Positions 36,201 through 50,200 of a stretch of DNA of 64,000 nucleotides are shown here, piece after piece. Numbering within the stretch: position 1 is the first letter of the stretch; each line of letters begins with the position of its first letter. The notes under the pieces were generated by a model. That model had not been told where the DNA came from, ran no database searches, and saw only the letters and a program-made list of their open reading frames with translations. Source of the stretch: Anthoceros angustus. Taxonomy: Eukaryota > Plantae > Anthocerotophyta. The translations under genes were made by a program, and so were the position numbers. The DNA lies in NCBI GenBank assembly GCA_010909165.1, contig MU008167.1:682001-746000 (forward strand), written 5' to 3'.

Positions 36201-38807
36201 TAGTAGGAGATTTCAAAATGAAATGATGGAAGTGAGCCTTAGTTCCAACAAGAATACCTCTAGAGTTTTGGCTAGAGTCTTGAGCTTCAAGTTGAATGGT
36301 TATGACATTTAGAGGGTAAACATAAAAAGGGGCGAGAGTAGGTCAGGTTGCAAGGACCCCAAGCTTCGCTAGGCGTGAATGAACGTATCGGTCATGTCAT
36401 TTAGGTGTCATCGTTTAGGCGTAGGGCAAATTGCGTAGCTGCTAGATGGAACTGAGTTGCAATCGTCACCTGCCGGGTGCAATTTCCGAATATAGAGAGA
36501 GGCGCAGAGCGCGCTGACGAAGGATCCTTTTAAACAGGTAATCCCAACATCTAAGGCCTTTTATACATACACAGCTAGTTTCCGTACCTACAGATGGTTA
36601 TTTTGGCCCCGCCTTTATTATCAAGACATCAGTGCACCTAGTATATCCCTACACAATATTTCGATGGAACGGGCCAACAACTCCAGTCCAACCGGAAACA
36701 GGGAAGCTGACCCTTCCCTGCTCCTTCAGGCAGGAATCTTGAGCTGGCACTCAGTTGCACCATGGGCGAGCTCTCCTACACAAGAGTACAAAACAAGAAC
36801 CAATGAGAAAACTTACACTAGGTTTGTGGTAGCCTAGGGAGCTGGAGCTGGTCAGCGGCAATCAGATGTGCAAACTTATAAACTCACCAGGGATGAGAAC
36901 CTTGTCGATGGAATATATAGCAGTGGGGCTGTCAACGAGAACAACAGAGCGCGCCATGGCCTGGACGATGCCAGTCTGAACGTAAACATGCTCGGAAACA
37001 TCTGTGAGAAAGAAAATGCCTTATGGTATTTAGCGATTTCTTTGCGTTGGAATCCATTGGCGACGAAAGTGTCCACCACCATGTGATCTCATAAAGGGCA
37101 TGGGCAGCGTCGGAGTTGAAATTAAGCAAGGGAATACTTGAGACAATACCACTTTATTGGCTTGTCCAACAACAGAGACATGAAGTGAATGGTAGGCAAA
37201 GCGAAAAGGAAGGTCTCTCCTTCTGTCATACTTTCTAAAGGAAAAGTATCTAATAGTAGGAGATTTCAAAATGAAATGACTGGAAGTGAGCCTTAGTTCC
37301 AACAAGAATACCTCTAGAGTTTTGGCTAGAGTCTTGAGCTTCAAGTTGAATGGTTATGACATTTAGAGGGTAAATCCAAAAGGAGGAATCTACCCTTCTT
37401 TCCACTGTGGGATCCAAGAAAGTGAAGGATCGTGTGGCACCCATGATGGTGGAAAGAGGAGAGGAGAGGAGGAGGGAGTAGCTCTCACATTGAGATGAGG
37501 CTTGGAGGGTATTTATACCTTCAATGGGGCTCCTAGGAAGCTCCACAAGAAGCCCCTAGGAAGGAGCACAAGAAGCTTCCTAGTGATTAGACCCTACTTG
37601 ATCTCGTATGCTTTTCCTCTGTCAGAAGGTGTCACTCTCCTTCAAAGTGGTAGATCGAGCACATTTTCTAATTGCTCAACGGGATGTATCAAATGTGTTC
37701 TGCAGCTTCTCCCATTTTGGCGTTTTGGATGTGTGTTTGCGGAGGAAGCCATTTTCATCAGTTCTATGCCTGTTCTTCGCTGGTTCTCTTCACGAGACCT
37801 CTGACTGGTAGCAGAGGTGAAAAGTGAAACAACCGATGCATAGGTCGATTCTCAGAAGCACAGCAGCAAAGGAGGAGCACACAGGATTGTATGAGTCCAG
37901 CAAGTCTGCTGGGAGTGACCTTGAGCGTCACAGTTTGACCATCTGGTAAAGATTACTTTTCAAATTGTTTCGCCTCTCCGTTCGTGCAGATCTCCCCAAA
38001 CTCCAGTTTCACCTGAGTTTGTCTGGGCATTTAGGGTTTATCCTGCTCCCAAAGAAGTTGGAGTGCAAACATAAAAAAGGGGCGAGAGTAGGTCAGGTTG
38101 CAAGGACCCCAAGCTTCGCTAGGCGTGAATGAACGTATCGGTCATGTCATTTAGGTGTCATCGTTTAGGCGTAGGGCAAATTGCGTAGCTGCTAGATGGA
38201 ACTGAGTTGCAATCGTCACCTGCCGGGTGCAATTTCCGAATATAGAGAGAGGCGCAGAGCGCGCTGACGAAGGATCCTTTTAAACAGGTAATCCCAACAT
38301 CTAAGGCCTTTTATACATACACAGCTAGTTTCCGTACCTACAGATGGTTATTTTGGCCCCGCCTTTATTATCAAGACATCAGTGCACCTAGTATATCCCT
38401 ACACAATATTTCGATGGAACGGGCCAACAACTCCAGTCCAACCGGAAACAGGGAAGCTGACCCTTCCCTGCTCCTTCAGGCAGGAATCTTGAGCTGGCAC
38501 TCAGTTGCACCATGGGCGAGCTCTCCTACACAAGAGTACAAAACAAGAACCAATGAGAAAACTTACACTAGGTTTGTGGTAGCCTAGGGAGCTGGAGCTG
38601 GTCAGCGGCAATCAGATGTGCAAACTTATAAACTCACCAGGGATGAGAACCTTGTCGATGGAATATATAGCAGTGGGGCTGTCAACGAGAACAACAGAGC
38701 GCGCCATGGCCTGGACGATGCCAGTCTGAACGTAAACATGCTCGGAAAATGTGCTGATGAAGAAAATGCAACCTGAGGCAGTTTCACCAAGTTTGACAAT
38801 TTCAGGA

Positions 38808-39710
38808 TGTCATCCATATAGTGATGAGCATAAACAAAGGGCCGCATTAGATCTGTTTCCCATAATCGTGCAAGCCGTTGGATGAAGGCAGACTCGTAAT
38901 GAAAGAAGTAGAGATTACACCAGATAGGTGAACATGAGAATCCCATTGGAATACCAAGTTTCAACCTCCATACTTTCTCCCCAAGCTGGACATAACAATT
39001 TTTCATAAGCCAACAATGAAGCTCAATGAGGCGTTGTTGAGACAGTTCAATATAAGTGTCATGTGCACTTACTAGTGGTTTTCTTGCCCAACGAGCATTA
39101 GAAAAAATGCCATTAGTACTGTTGAGTATGATGAACAGGTCTTGTTTGTGCCCAATAGATTTAGCAGCCTGTTTGAAAGCCAACTTGACACATGCTGATA
39201 TTGTAGTTAGGAGGGAGTCTTCTCCTTCCGTCGGAATGGCTTCATAACATCTTGTATTGTCTGCAACAAAGATATGACATGTACAGTAGGCAGCAGATTC
39301 AGGGCAACATCCAAAAGTGGAGTGTATGATCCAGTATAGTGAGGTCTTCACCTGGAGAAAACGTGTGTATGTCTCTTGTTTGTAGGCAGCCCACTCCTTA
39401 ATCCAAGGAATCATGGCTTTGGAGGCCACAGTCAGCAGATCAGCAATGATGGAGCATACACAATCATGCATTCGTAAGCCAACAATATTTTTTCTCGTGT
39501 TGCTTGTACGTGGCCATGAGATAAGGTAGGCCATAATCCAAATTGTTGTTGACTTCATTCTTGTGTTGCTTGTACGTGGCCGTGAGATAAGGCAGGCCAT
39601 AATCCAAATTGTTGTTGACGTCAAGAACGAGAGTAGCAATTTGCGTCCGCAGCATTTTAAGAACGGAACCCCTTTCTCTTGTGCTTTAGTGAATGTGAGG
39701 CTGTGAGCCA
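38808..39710 (-). mobile_element. Penelope-like RT, N-terminal half to YMDD (most intact copy)
   Basis: LPYLMATYKQH..KY.WLTNA, ADNTRCYEAIP (motif A), a ~90-aa insertion, GIPMG (motif B') and YMDDI (motif C). The upstream part seems to continue in segment 31400-31800 (FLYEK...KSENLSF...LNSELAHSLTF). Confidence 0.82.
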
Positions 39711-42700
39711 GTTCGGAATTAAGACAGGAATAGGAGGGGCGAGTAGGTCAGGTTGCAAGGACCCCAAGCTTCGCTAGGCGTGAATGAACGTATCGGTCAT
39801 GTCATTTAGGTGTCATCGTTTAGGCGTAGGGCAAATTGCGTAGCTGCTAGATGGAACTGAGTTGCAATCGTCACCTGCCGGGTTTCCGAATATAGAGAGA
39901 GGCGCAGAGCGCGCTGACGAAGGATCCTTTTAAACAGGTAATCCCAACATCTAAGGCCTTTTATACATACACAGCTAGTTTCCGTACCTACAGATGGTTA
40001 TTTTGGCCCCGCCTTTATTATCAAGACATCAGTGCACCTAGTATATCCCTACACAATATTTCGATGGAACGGGCCAACAACTCCAGTCCAACCGGAAACA
40101 GGGAAGCTGACCCTTCCCTGCTCCTTCAGGCAGGAATCTTGAGCTGGCACTCAGTTGCACCATGGGCGAGCTCTCCTACACAAGATTATTATCATAAACG
40201 AGATGAATCGATGAATATTTTGGAGAAGAAAAGAAAGCGGGAGTATGCATAATCCACTTGTATGGGCTATAGGCTTATGGTATGGTGAGATACGCGGGAA
40301 GAAAGCCCGCCTTGCTAGCGTAGCGTAGTCGATACAAAAACTGGTGCCACACTTCAAAGTTCGGGGTCTGTTGCCCTGTCATATGCATTCGCGTTGTTCC
40401 AGCTTGTGTTTCCACGCTCCTATCGTGGTTGGTGTCCTTCCTCAGGATGGCCGGCAGAGGTTACGGTGTTTCGGGTAAGTCAGGGCCGTTGCAGACTCCT
40501 GATCGCAGTGAGGGAGAAGAGAAGGAGAGGAAGAAGCAAAAGTGTGCGGCTTCCCAGGGTGAGGCGGCCAAACTCTCTCATGGCTTCTGGAAGAAGTGTA
40601 TCGTTGTTAGCGGGGCAATGGCTGATATAGGGACATTACGTGGTGCAACCCGACTGTGACACTTCCATGCAGGCGCTTCTTTGTGTCTTCCTCTAGTTTC
40701 TTAGAGAAAGGGCGGAAAAGAATTCTCTCACGAACTCACAACAAGATTTGTTCCCTACATTACATACCACACACACCGATAGAGACATCCAGACAGTGAA
40801 CTTTTGCGGTCAACTACTCCTGCTTTGCTGCCAATGGAGGGCCAGGCGGGCCAAGGCTCGAGAAACGGAGCGGAGCTGCCTTGGACTGCTCCTGGTGGCG
40901 AAATCCAGAACAGTTTTCTCGGCCGGATGCAGCTCCGTGGTGGCGAGTGGAACTTCGTCCCAGCCTGTCTCCGGTGATGCAGCTGGGAAGGCTGACGGCA
41001 GTGGAGTGGATCCGGATTTTGACTACGATGACGAATTTTGGAACTCAGTGGACATGACTGCAATGGATGCGCTCGTCGAAGAGACGCTTGCGGCGAACGC
41101 TCGGCGGCGAGCCGAGGAGTCTGAAATGGAGAGAAGGAAGGGAAAGCGAGCTGTATTTCAAGAGGATAATTACCCAAGATGCAGACTACTGCTTACATCA
41201 TCCTGTCCTCTTCGTCCTTCCCGCCTTTCTGTTGTACACCACGTAAGTCGACTTTCCACAATACTATTTCCATTCCTAGAAGACCATGGAACTTGAGATA
41301 TCCAAGTATGGCTGATATAGGGACATTACGTGGTGCAACCCGACTGTGACACTTCCATGCAGGCGCTTCTTTGTGTCTTCCTCTAGTTTCTTAGAGAAAG
41401 GGCGGAAAAGAATTCTCACGAACTCACAACAAGATTTGTTCCTACATTACATACCACACACCGATAGAGACATCCAGACAGTGAACTTTTGCGGTCAACT
41501 ACTCCTGCTTTGCTGCCAATGGTTCCCCAGCTTGCCTCCCCAAAACCCCAGTTCAACTTCCTTGGCCCCAGTTGTAAAAATTCAAGAAACCCCAGCCATC
41601 CACCTGATCTGAAAACCCAAAGTATGGTTTTACCTGCAACAATGCGGAGAGTTCTCACCGCTGGTTCTTATCATCAGTCTTCAGATGATTCTGCTGCAGG
41701 AGGCACACGGCTTCGTGGAGGTCCCGGCGCCTCTTTCCAGTCCGCAAGCAGTCTCCCCAGGGACAGGGAGGAGCCTGGGCAAGGGAATGCGATGGCGCAG
41801 ACAGCTGCCCGTACGCAGCCAAGAGGAGGTGTGCCGATGCAGGCTGCGAGCAACGGCGCTTCCAGCTCTGCGGGCAATCAGAACCCTGGTAGAGTGAATC
41901 TGTCTTCAGCGCTTCATGAAATTTTCTTCGGGGCCGAAGATCAAGAGGGCAACAACCGTCCCGGCTTTCCACCTGCTGCGTTCTATGCTCAAGGGAATGG
42001 AGGTGCGAACAATGCTCAGCGTTTTCGTCCACCTGGAAGAGCTGTTAATGCTCGCATGCACAGGCGTCCCGCTGCCGCCCCTGCCCAGCCGAGGGCTATG
42101 CGTGGCCTTCCCGCCGGCTCCAATGATCAGCAGTCCAATGCCAACTTCGAAAGGGGTCCGGCCGGGCCGAGCTCTCAATCGCGGGTCCCAGCTGTGGCCT
42201 GTGGACAGCCGCCAGCGGCCTTCAAAGCTCCTCGTAGGAAATGAGTACGTCCCCTAACTGAAGAGTGGTGTGGGTTCTTCTGTTGCCTAGTGAGTTATCC
42301 GTGCTCATCCAACTTCTATATGCCTTTTCAGGTGAGGTGGAGGTAGTTTTAAGAAGCGCCCTTTGTTCAAACATCCCGGCGGTAGTGCAGTAGGATAACA
42401 ATGTCTCTACAGGCTTTGCAACGGACGCGTTCTGTCTCGTCTAACTGGTCTGTCCGTCTTCTCCAGTGATTAGACCCTACTTGATCTCGTATGCTTTTCC
42501 TCTGTCAGAAGGTGTCACTCTCCTTCAAAGTGGTAGATCGAGCACATTTTCTAATTGCTCAACGGGATGTATCAAATGTGTTCTGCAGCTTCTCCCATTT
42601 TTGGCGTTTTGGATGTGTGTTTGCGGAGGAAGCCATTTTCATCAGTTCTATGCCTGTTCTTCGCTGGTTCTCTTCACGAGACCTCTGACTGGTAGCAGAG

Positions 42701-43366
42701 GTGAAAAGTGAAGGCAACCGATGCATAGGTCGATTCTCAGAAGCACAGCAGCAAAGGAGGAGCACACAGGATTGTATGAGTCCAGCAAGTCTGCTGGGAG
42801 TGACCTTGAGCGTCACAGTTTGACCATCTGGTAAAGATTACTTTTCAAATTGTTTCGCCTCTCCGTTCGTGCAGACGCTCTCCCCCAAACTCCAGTTTCA
42901 CCTGAGTTTGTCTGGGCATTTAGGGTTTATCCTGCTCCCAAAGAAGTTGGAGTGCAAACATAAAAAAGGGGCGAGAGTAGGTCAGGTTGCAAGGACCCCA
43001 AGCTTCGCTAGGCGTGAATGAACGTATCGGTCATGTCATTTAGGTGTCATCGTTTAGGCGTAGGGCAAATTGCGTAGCTGCTAGATGGAACTGAGTTGCA
43101 ATCGTCACCTGCCGGGTGCAATTTCCGAATATAGAGAGAGGCGCAGAGCGCGCTGACGAAGGATCCTTTTAAACAGGTAATCCCAACATCTAAGGCCTTT
43201 TATACATACACAGCTAGTTTCCGTACCTACAGATGGTTATTTTGGCCCCCGCCTTTATTATCAAGACATCAGTGCACCTAGTATATCCCTACACAATATT
43301 TCGATGGAACGGGCCAACAACTCCAGTCCAACCGGAAACAGGGGAAGCTGACCCTTCCCTGCTCCT

Positions 43367-44025
43367 TCAGGCAGGAATCTTGAGCTGGCACTCGGTTGCA
43401 CCATGGGCGAGCTCTCCTACACAAGAGTACAAAACAAGAACCAATGAGAAAACTTACACTAGGTTTGTGGTAGCCTAGGGAGCTGGAGCTGGTCAGCGGC
43501 AAATCAGATGTGCAAACTTATAAACTCACCAGGGATGAGAACCTTGTCGATGGAATATATAGCAGTGGGGCTGTCAACGAGAACAACAGAGCGCGCCATG
43601 GCCTGGACGATGCCAGTCTGAACGTAAACATGCTCGGAAAATGTGCTGATGAAGAAAATGCAACCTGAGGCAGTTTTCACCAAGTTTGACAATTTCAGGA
43701 TGTCATACTTGGAGAGGTAGCTCGGGAGGACATGAGATTTCAGCACCCACACCACTTGCTCATGGGTAAGGGTAGGCAACACATCCTGGATCTGGAGGAA
43801 GGCATGGTCGGTTGGGGCAAAAAGTGTCAACCCCGAGCTTGCCAGGCTCTGGACTGTGGCATCTAGGCCAGTTTTCTCCAGCAGGCTGATCAGAGTCCTG
43901 TAGTATCCCGCTTCTCGTAGAGCGTCCTTCACATTTACACCTGACACAGGTGACCCGTGGCTAGCCACGCTGAGGAGCATTACAAGTGCCGCCGCTGTGA
44001 CAAGTGGCTTCATTGGAAACGCCAT
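43367..44025 (-). CDS. Secreted single-domain fasciclin-like (FAS1/FLA) protein, 2 exons (44025-43530, 43416-43367); 3' partial copies at ~36710-36998 and ~38450-38813
   Basis: Signal peptide MAFPMKPLVTAAALVMLLSVA, H1 motif LTLFAPTDHAF, VLKSHVLP and H2 motif AIYSIDKVLIP. A GT-AG intron gives ...PGELAHGATECQLKIPA*. Confidence 0.85.
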
Positions 44026-44149
44026 TCTCTCTCCGTCCTGAACAGGCTTTTACAAAGTTTACCAGGTCATTTCAAATCACTTTGTCACAAGTATAAAGGT
44101 TTGCAACGAACACAACATTGGCAGAAACCTGGAACACTGTAACTGCTGA

Positions 44150-45395
44150 GTCTGCTGCTATTAGAGCGGTCCATGTCACCACATCTTTTGGACCAAGTTC
44201 AAACATTCTCTGGGCATCCTCTGCCACACTTACCATACATATTTACCAAGCTGGAACCTACAACCACATCCTCAAGTCCTTGTTCTCGGATCTGTGCATG
44301 AAGTTGCTTCCCCATGTTCAGAGCTGGGGGACCCAAACTTGCACATGCCAGCAGAAGGCACACAAATGTCACAGAATTGGGTTCAACCACACCTTCTTCT
44401 TGCATAGCTCTGTAAAGCCGAAGGGCTTCCTGGCCCCTGCCCTGTTGGGAGTATCCTGCTATCAACGCATTCCATGTTACCTCAGTTTTTTCCCTGATTT
44501 CGTCAAACACTCCCTGGGCATCAAGTAAGCTCCCACACTTGGCATACATGTTTATCAGATTGTTGGCTACAAACACATCAGCTTGAAGCCCTTGTTCTTT
44601 GATTTGTGCATGAAGCTGCTTCCCCTTCTCCAAGCCTGGCATGCCCACACATGCACATGCTTGCAGGAGGCATATAAACGTCACAGAATCAGGAGGTGAT
44701 GCCTTCTTCTTGCATAGCACTGTAAATATGAAAGGCTTCTGACCCATGCCCTGCTGAGAATATCCTGCTATCATAGTGTTCCACGCCACCACAGTTTTTG
44801 ACAAATTCCATCAAACACAGCCCGGGCATCCTGCAGACTGCCGCACTTAGCATACATGTTCACTAAACTGGAGGCTGGACTGATCAGTTTGAAGCCCTTG
44901 TTCTCCAAGCTGTAAATGAAGCTGCTTCCCTCCTCCAAAGCAAGAGTACCCAAGTGTCCACACGCTTGCAGGAGGCATACAAATGTCACAGAATCGGGTG
45001 GGCGATGCCTTCTACATAGCCTTATATAGACGAAGGGCTTGACCCATTCCCTGCTGGGAATATCCTGATATCATGGCATTCCACGTAACCACATTCTTTT
45101 GAGGAAGTCTGTCAAACACGGCCTGGGCATCCTGCAGGCTGCCACACTTTGCATACATATTTACCAGGCTGCAGCCTACAACGACGTCAGCCTGAAGTCT
45201 TTGTTCATGAAGCTGCGCATGAAGCTGCTTCCCCTTCTCCAAAGCTGGGATTCCCACACTTGCACACGCCTGCAGTAGGCAAACAAAAGTCACAGAATCA
45301 GGAGCCGTGATGCCCTCATCTCGCATAGCAGTGTAAAGCCGAAGGGCTTCCCGGCCGAAGCCCTGTTGGGGCATACCCTGCTATCATGGCATTCC
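44150..45395 (-). repeat. Deletion-rich duplicate of the PPR segment 48180-49455
   Basis: Same sequence with frameshifting deletions; abrupt junctions on both sides. Confidence 0.85.
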
Positions 45396-47257
45396 AAGTC
45401 ACCACAGTACGTATCAATCTCTTCACGTCCGCTTACTCAGTATTTCGCATTTGGGGGCCCTTTATTGACATGCCGGGCCGCTCAACTACAAAGTGTTCTA
45501 ACATTATGCAGGCGTTTGTCTAATACGAAAGATCCTCATATCTTGAGAGCCGTGCCCAGGATTCCACTCTGCAACTCCTTTTCAAACAAACACATTCATA
45601 TGGAAGGGGAAAGCGAGCTGTATTTCAAGAGGATAATTACCCAAGATGCAGACTACTGCTTACATCATCCTGTCCTCTTCGTCCTTCCCGCCTTTCTGTT
45701 GTACACCACGTAAGTCGACTTTCCACAATACTATTTCCATTCCTAGAAGACCATGGAACTTGAGATATCCAAGTATGGCTGATATAGGGACATTACGTGG
45801 TGCAACCCGACTGTGACACTTCCATGCAGGCGCTTCTTTGTGTCTTCCTCTAGTTTCTTAGAGAAAGGGCGGAAAAGAATTCTCTCACGAACTCACAACA
45901 AGATTTGTTCCCTACATTACATACCACACACACCGATAGAGACATCCAGACAGTGAACTTTTGCGGTCAACTACTCCTGCTTTGCTGCCAATGGTTCCCC
46001 AGCTTGCGCCTCCCCCCAAAACCCCAGTTCAACTTCCTTGGCCCCAGTTGTAAAAATTCAAGAAACCCAGCCATCCACCCTGATCTGAAAAACCCAAAGT
46101 ATGGTTTTACCTGCAACAATGCGGAGAGTTCTCACCGCTGGTTCTTATCATCAGTCTTCAGATGATTCTTAGGTGAAAGGCAATCCCAAAGCACCCCAGA
46201 AGATTGGTGATACGCCTGACCGTCTATGAGCATGCAGTCAATACATATATGTGTTGACCTGATCCATGAGTCTTCAGGCTGCTTGCAGCCACTTCTTATA
46301 GGCACGTTGCTTCCATTCCGCACCACATGCATGCGGATACCTCCCACAGATTCTGCAGCTGCACCACTTGGGCATTTTAGTCAGAGGACAGGCTTGCTTG
46401 CATGGAAAGAGACCTGGGCACCCACCCTTACACAAAATAAGGTACAACGCAAATAACATCAATAGCCGCCTTCAAATTCTTGACTGACTGCCTCTAAAGC
46501 CTGTACCGCAGTTGAGAGAAAAACCTTAACATCTCTACATCACTCTTTAGTCCTTGCACTAGTATGCCCGCTGCAGCTGAGACCATGCAGGCATGCATAC
46601 ATACTCGAGACAACGTATTTAGAATGTTATGCACAAGTGGTGTTAAAAGCTGGACTAACCTGGAAGCCTCAATGTCTCACCTCCTGAGCTTTGCCTTGTC
46701 CAGCGATAACACACCAAACAGACGTGCCGGGTACTGCTCTGATCACCAACAGATGGTAACATCCGGCGATCCGGAACCCGTGACTGATACATGATGATCA
46801 ATTTCAACTCTGTCCGCACAAGTTTCTGGAATGCCCACATCAGCACATGTTACACACGCACTGCACAACACAAATGATACCACCAACAACCTGTTAAAAT
46901 CTCGTTCTGACCATCACGCCGGTGACAAAGAAGCTTCATCATGATCTCAGACGTTTTCACATCATCAGTCGGATGCCACTCAATGATCAGGTAGCTATCG
47001 AAAATAAAATGCTCCAGCTTGCTCCGCATAACAAGAACTGCAGAGAGGTATTTGAGATCAGTACAACTTTGTTAACCTGTGAACCAACAAGCATCCCAGC
47101 AAACGACAATTCCCTTCTCATACCTAGCTCATTGCCGTACGCCTATCAAATCGACACACTCAACAGCTACCTTCTTGACATGCCGATGCACCCACTCTGT
47201 ATCGTATAGTTTGTCGAATGTTTGTGGAATCTGTCCACATACGGAACTTGGTCTTAT

Positions 47258-50200
47258 TTATTTCTTCAGCTTCAAAGCAAGCTGTTTCAGCCTTGCATAT
47301 ATGCCATCACTCTCAGGATGGTTTTTATCCCCAACCAAAAAGCTATGCACCAGGCCATTCATATCCGTCCACCAGCTCCGGCCTGGCTGCTTCCATGCAC
47401 CAACTACCAGTCTCCTTGCCTGCATCTCCTGTGCCTCCTCCAACATCTGGACACTGGTGTATATATTAGCCATCAAGACATATGCTGGGGTGTGCTTTTC
47501 ATCTAGCTTTACCACTTCATTGAAGGCGTGGCGTCCTACCTCCACATTGTTCCACTTTCGACAAGCACCCAACAGAGTGTGCCAAACTGCAGCATGAGGT
47601 AGCACAGGCATTGTCCTTACCACCGTTAGTGCTTCGTCAAGGTGGCCTGCACGACCCAGGAGGTCCACCATGCACGTGTAGTGCTCCAGAGTGCAGGCAA
47701 TGCCATAGTGTCTCTTCATTGATGCAAAGAACTCCTTCCCCTTACACACTAGACCCGCATGACTGCATACTGTTAATACGCTTAGAAATGTGATGCCGTC
47801 TGGGTGGATGCCATCCTCTCTCATCCTGTGAACTAAGTCAAGGACCACTTTACTGTCTCCTTGATGGCTGTATCCAGCGATCAGTGCATTCCAGGAAATG
47901 ACGTCTCGTTTGGGCAAGGCATCAAACACGTGCTGTGCCTCAACCATGCTCCCAGACTTAGCATACATGTTTATCAAGCTAATCGCTACAGAAACATCAG
48001 CTTGAAGCCCTTGTGCTTTAATTTCAGCATGAAGCTGCCTTCCTGGATATAAAGCAGCAACATTTGCGCATGCCTGCAGGAGGCACACAAAGGTCACAGA
48101 ATCAGGTGCAGCCATGCCTTCTTCGTGCATAGCACTGTAGAGATGAAGGGCTTCCTGATCCATGCCCTGCTGGGAGTATGCTGCTATTAGAGCGGTCCAT
48201 GTCACCACATCTTTTGGACCAAGTTCGTCAAACATTCTCTGGGCATCCTCTAGGCTGCCACACTTACCATACATATTTACCAAGCTGGAACCTACAACCA
48301 CATCCTCAAGTCCTTGTTCTCGGATCTGTGCATGAAGTTGCTTCCCCATGTTCAGAGCTGGGGGACCCAAACTTGCACATGCCAGCAGAAGGCACACAAA
48401 TGTCACAGAATTGGGTTCAACCACACCTTCTTCTTGCATAGCTCTGTAAAGCCGAAGGGCTTCCTGGCCCCTGCCCTGTTGGGAGTATCCTGCTATCAAC
48501 GCATTCCATGTTACCTCAGTTTTTTCCCTGATTTCGTCAAACACTCCCTGGGCATCAAGTAAGCTCCCACACTTGGCATACATGTTTATCAGATTGTTGG
48601 CTACAAACACATCAGCTTGAAGCCCTTGTTCTTTGATTTGTGCATGAAGCTGCTTCCCCTTCTCCAAGCCTGGCATGCCCACACATGCACATGCTTGCAG
48701 GAGGCATATAAACGTCACAGAATCAGGAGAGGTGATGCCTTCTTCTTGCATAGCACTGTAAATATGAAAGGCTTCCTGACCCATGCCCTGCTGAGAATAT
48801 CCTGCTATCATAGTGTTCCACGCCACCACAGTTTTTTGACAAATTCCATCAAACACAGCCCGGGCATCCTGCAGACTGCCGCACTTAGCATACATGTTCA
48901 CTAAACTGGAGGCTACAGACTGATCAGTTTGAAGCCCTTGTTCTCCAAGCTGTAAATGAAGCTGCTTCCCCTCCTCCAAAGCAAGAGTACCCAAGTGTCC
49001 ACACGCTTGCAGGAGGCATACAAATGTCACAGAATCGGGTGGGGCGATGCCTTCTACTTGCATAGCCTTATATAGACGAAGGGCTTCTTGACCCATTCCC
49101 TGCTGGGAATATCCTGATATCATGGCATTCCACGTAACCACATTCTTTTGAGGAAGTCTGTCAAACACGGCCTGGGCATCCTGCAGGCTGCCACACTTTG
49201 CATACATATTTACCAGGCTGCAGCCTACAACGACGTCAGCCTGAAGTCTTTGTTCATGAAGCTGCGCATGAAGCTGCTTCCCCTTCTCCAAAGCTGGGAT
49301 TCCCACACTTGCACACGCCTGCAGTAGGCAAACAAAAGTCACAGAATCAGGAGCCGTGATGCCCTCATCTCGCATAGCAGTGTAAAGCCGAAGGGCTTCC
49401 CGGCCGAAGCCCTGTTGGGCATACCCTGCTATCATGGCATTCCAAGTCACCACAGTTTTTTTACCAAGCCCGTCAAAAATTCTTTGAGAGGTTTCCAAGT
49501 TGCCACACTTTGCATACATGTCCACCAAGGCGCTAGAAACGAAAAAGTCAGGCTTAACCCCACTGGCCACCACATCAGCATGCACCTGCTTCCCAGTTGT
49601 CAAGTCTGCTCCCCTTGCACAAGCCTGTAGGGCTGCTACAAACACATGAGCATCTGGCTTCACCCTCGACCTGCGCATCTGATGATACAATTGTATGGCC
49701 TGCTTAGCTTGTCCATGTTTAACATGAGCAGAAAGGACAGAAGACCAGAGGAAGGCATCTGGTTCGGCAACCACGGTGAACACATTCATAGCTTCTTGCA
49801 GACTGGCATGAGAAGCGTACATTCGTAGGATGTGGTTGCACAAGAACGTGTCCGAATCATAGCCCATTTTCACAGCGACCGCATGGACAAGGCGACCCAG
49901 AACCAGATCCCTCTTATTTACACTTTGTCTGAGGACTGTGTAAAGGAGTGTTTTGGATAGACCAGTGCCTGCCTGCGCCAGAACCCCCAGGGCCTCAACA
50001 GCCTTACTGAGCTGCTCCTGCTCACATAGCCAGCTCACGGATTCAGGCGTTACGCTCCTTGGGTACTCAAAAAGCCCACGAGCTTCATCATCACCCAGGT
50101 AGCTCCGGTTGGATGGGGGCCTGTGCATGTCCACAGCAAACGGCTGCGGATCCACCCAACCTGACTGACGTGCAAGACTGCTGCCCGGCCAGGTTTCGCA

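Noticed and set aside
36330-36341. GGGCGAGAGTAG resembling the 5S rRNA internal promoter
   Set aside because: 12-bp match only; the flanks are not 5S.
36514-36540. CTGACGA-AGGATCCT as a minimal Penelope-type hammerhead
   Set aside because: Followed by TTTAAAC, not GAAAC, and it lies in the FLA 3' flank.
46160-47250. Possible spliced gene between FLA and the PPR-E+ gene
   Set aside because: Splice-like signals are present, but I could not build a coherent or recognisable frame. It may be UTR.
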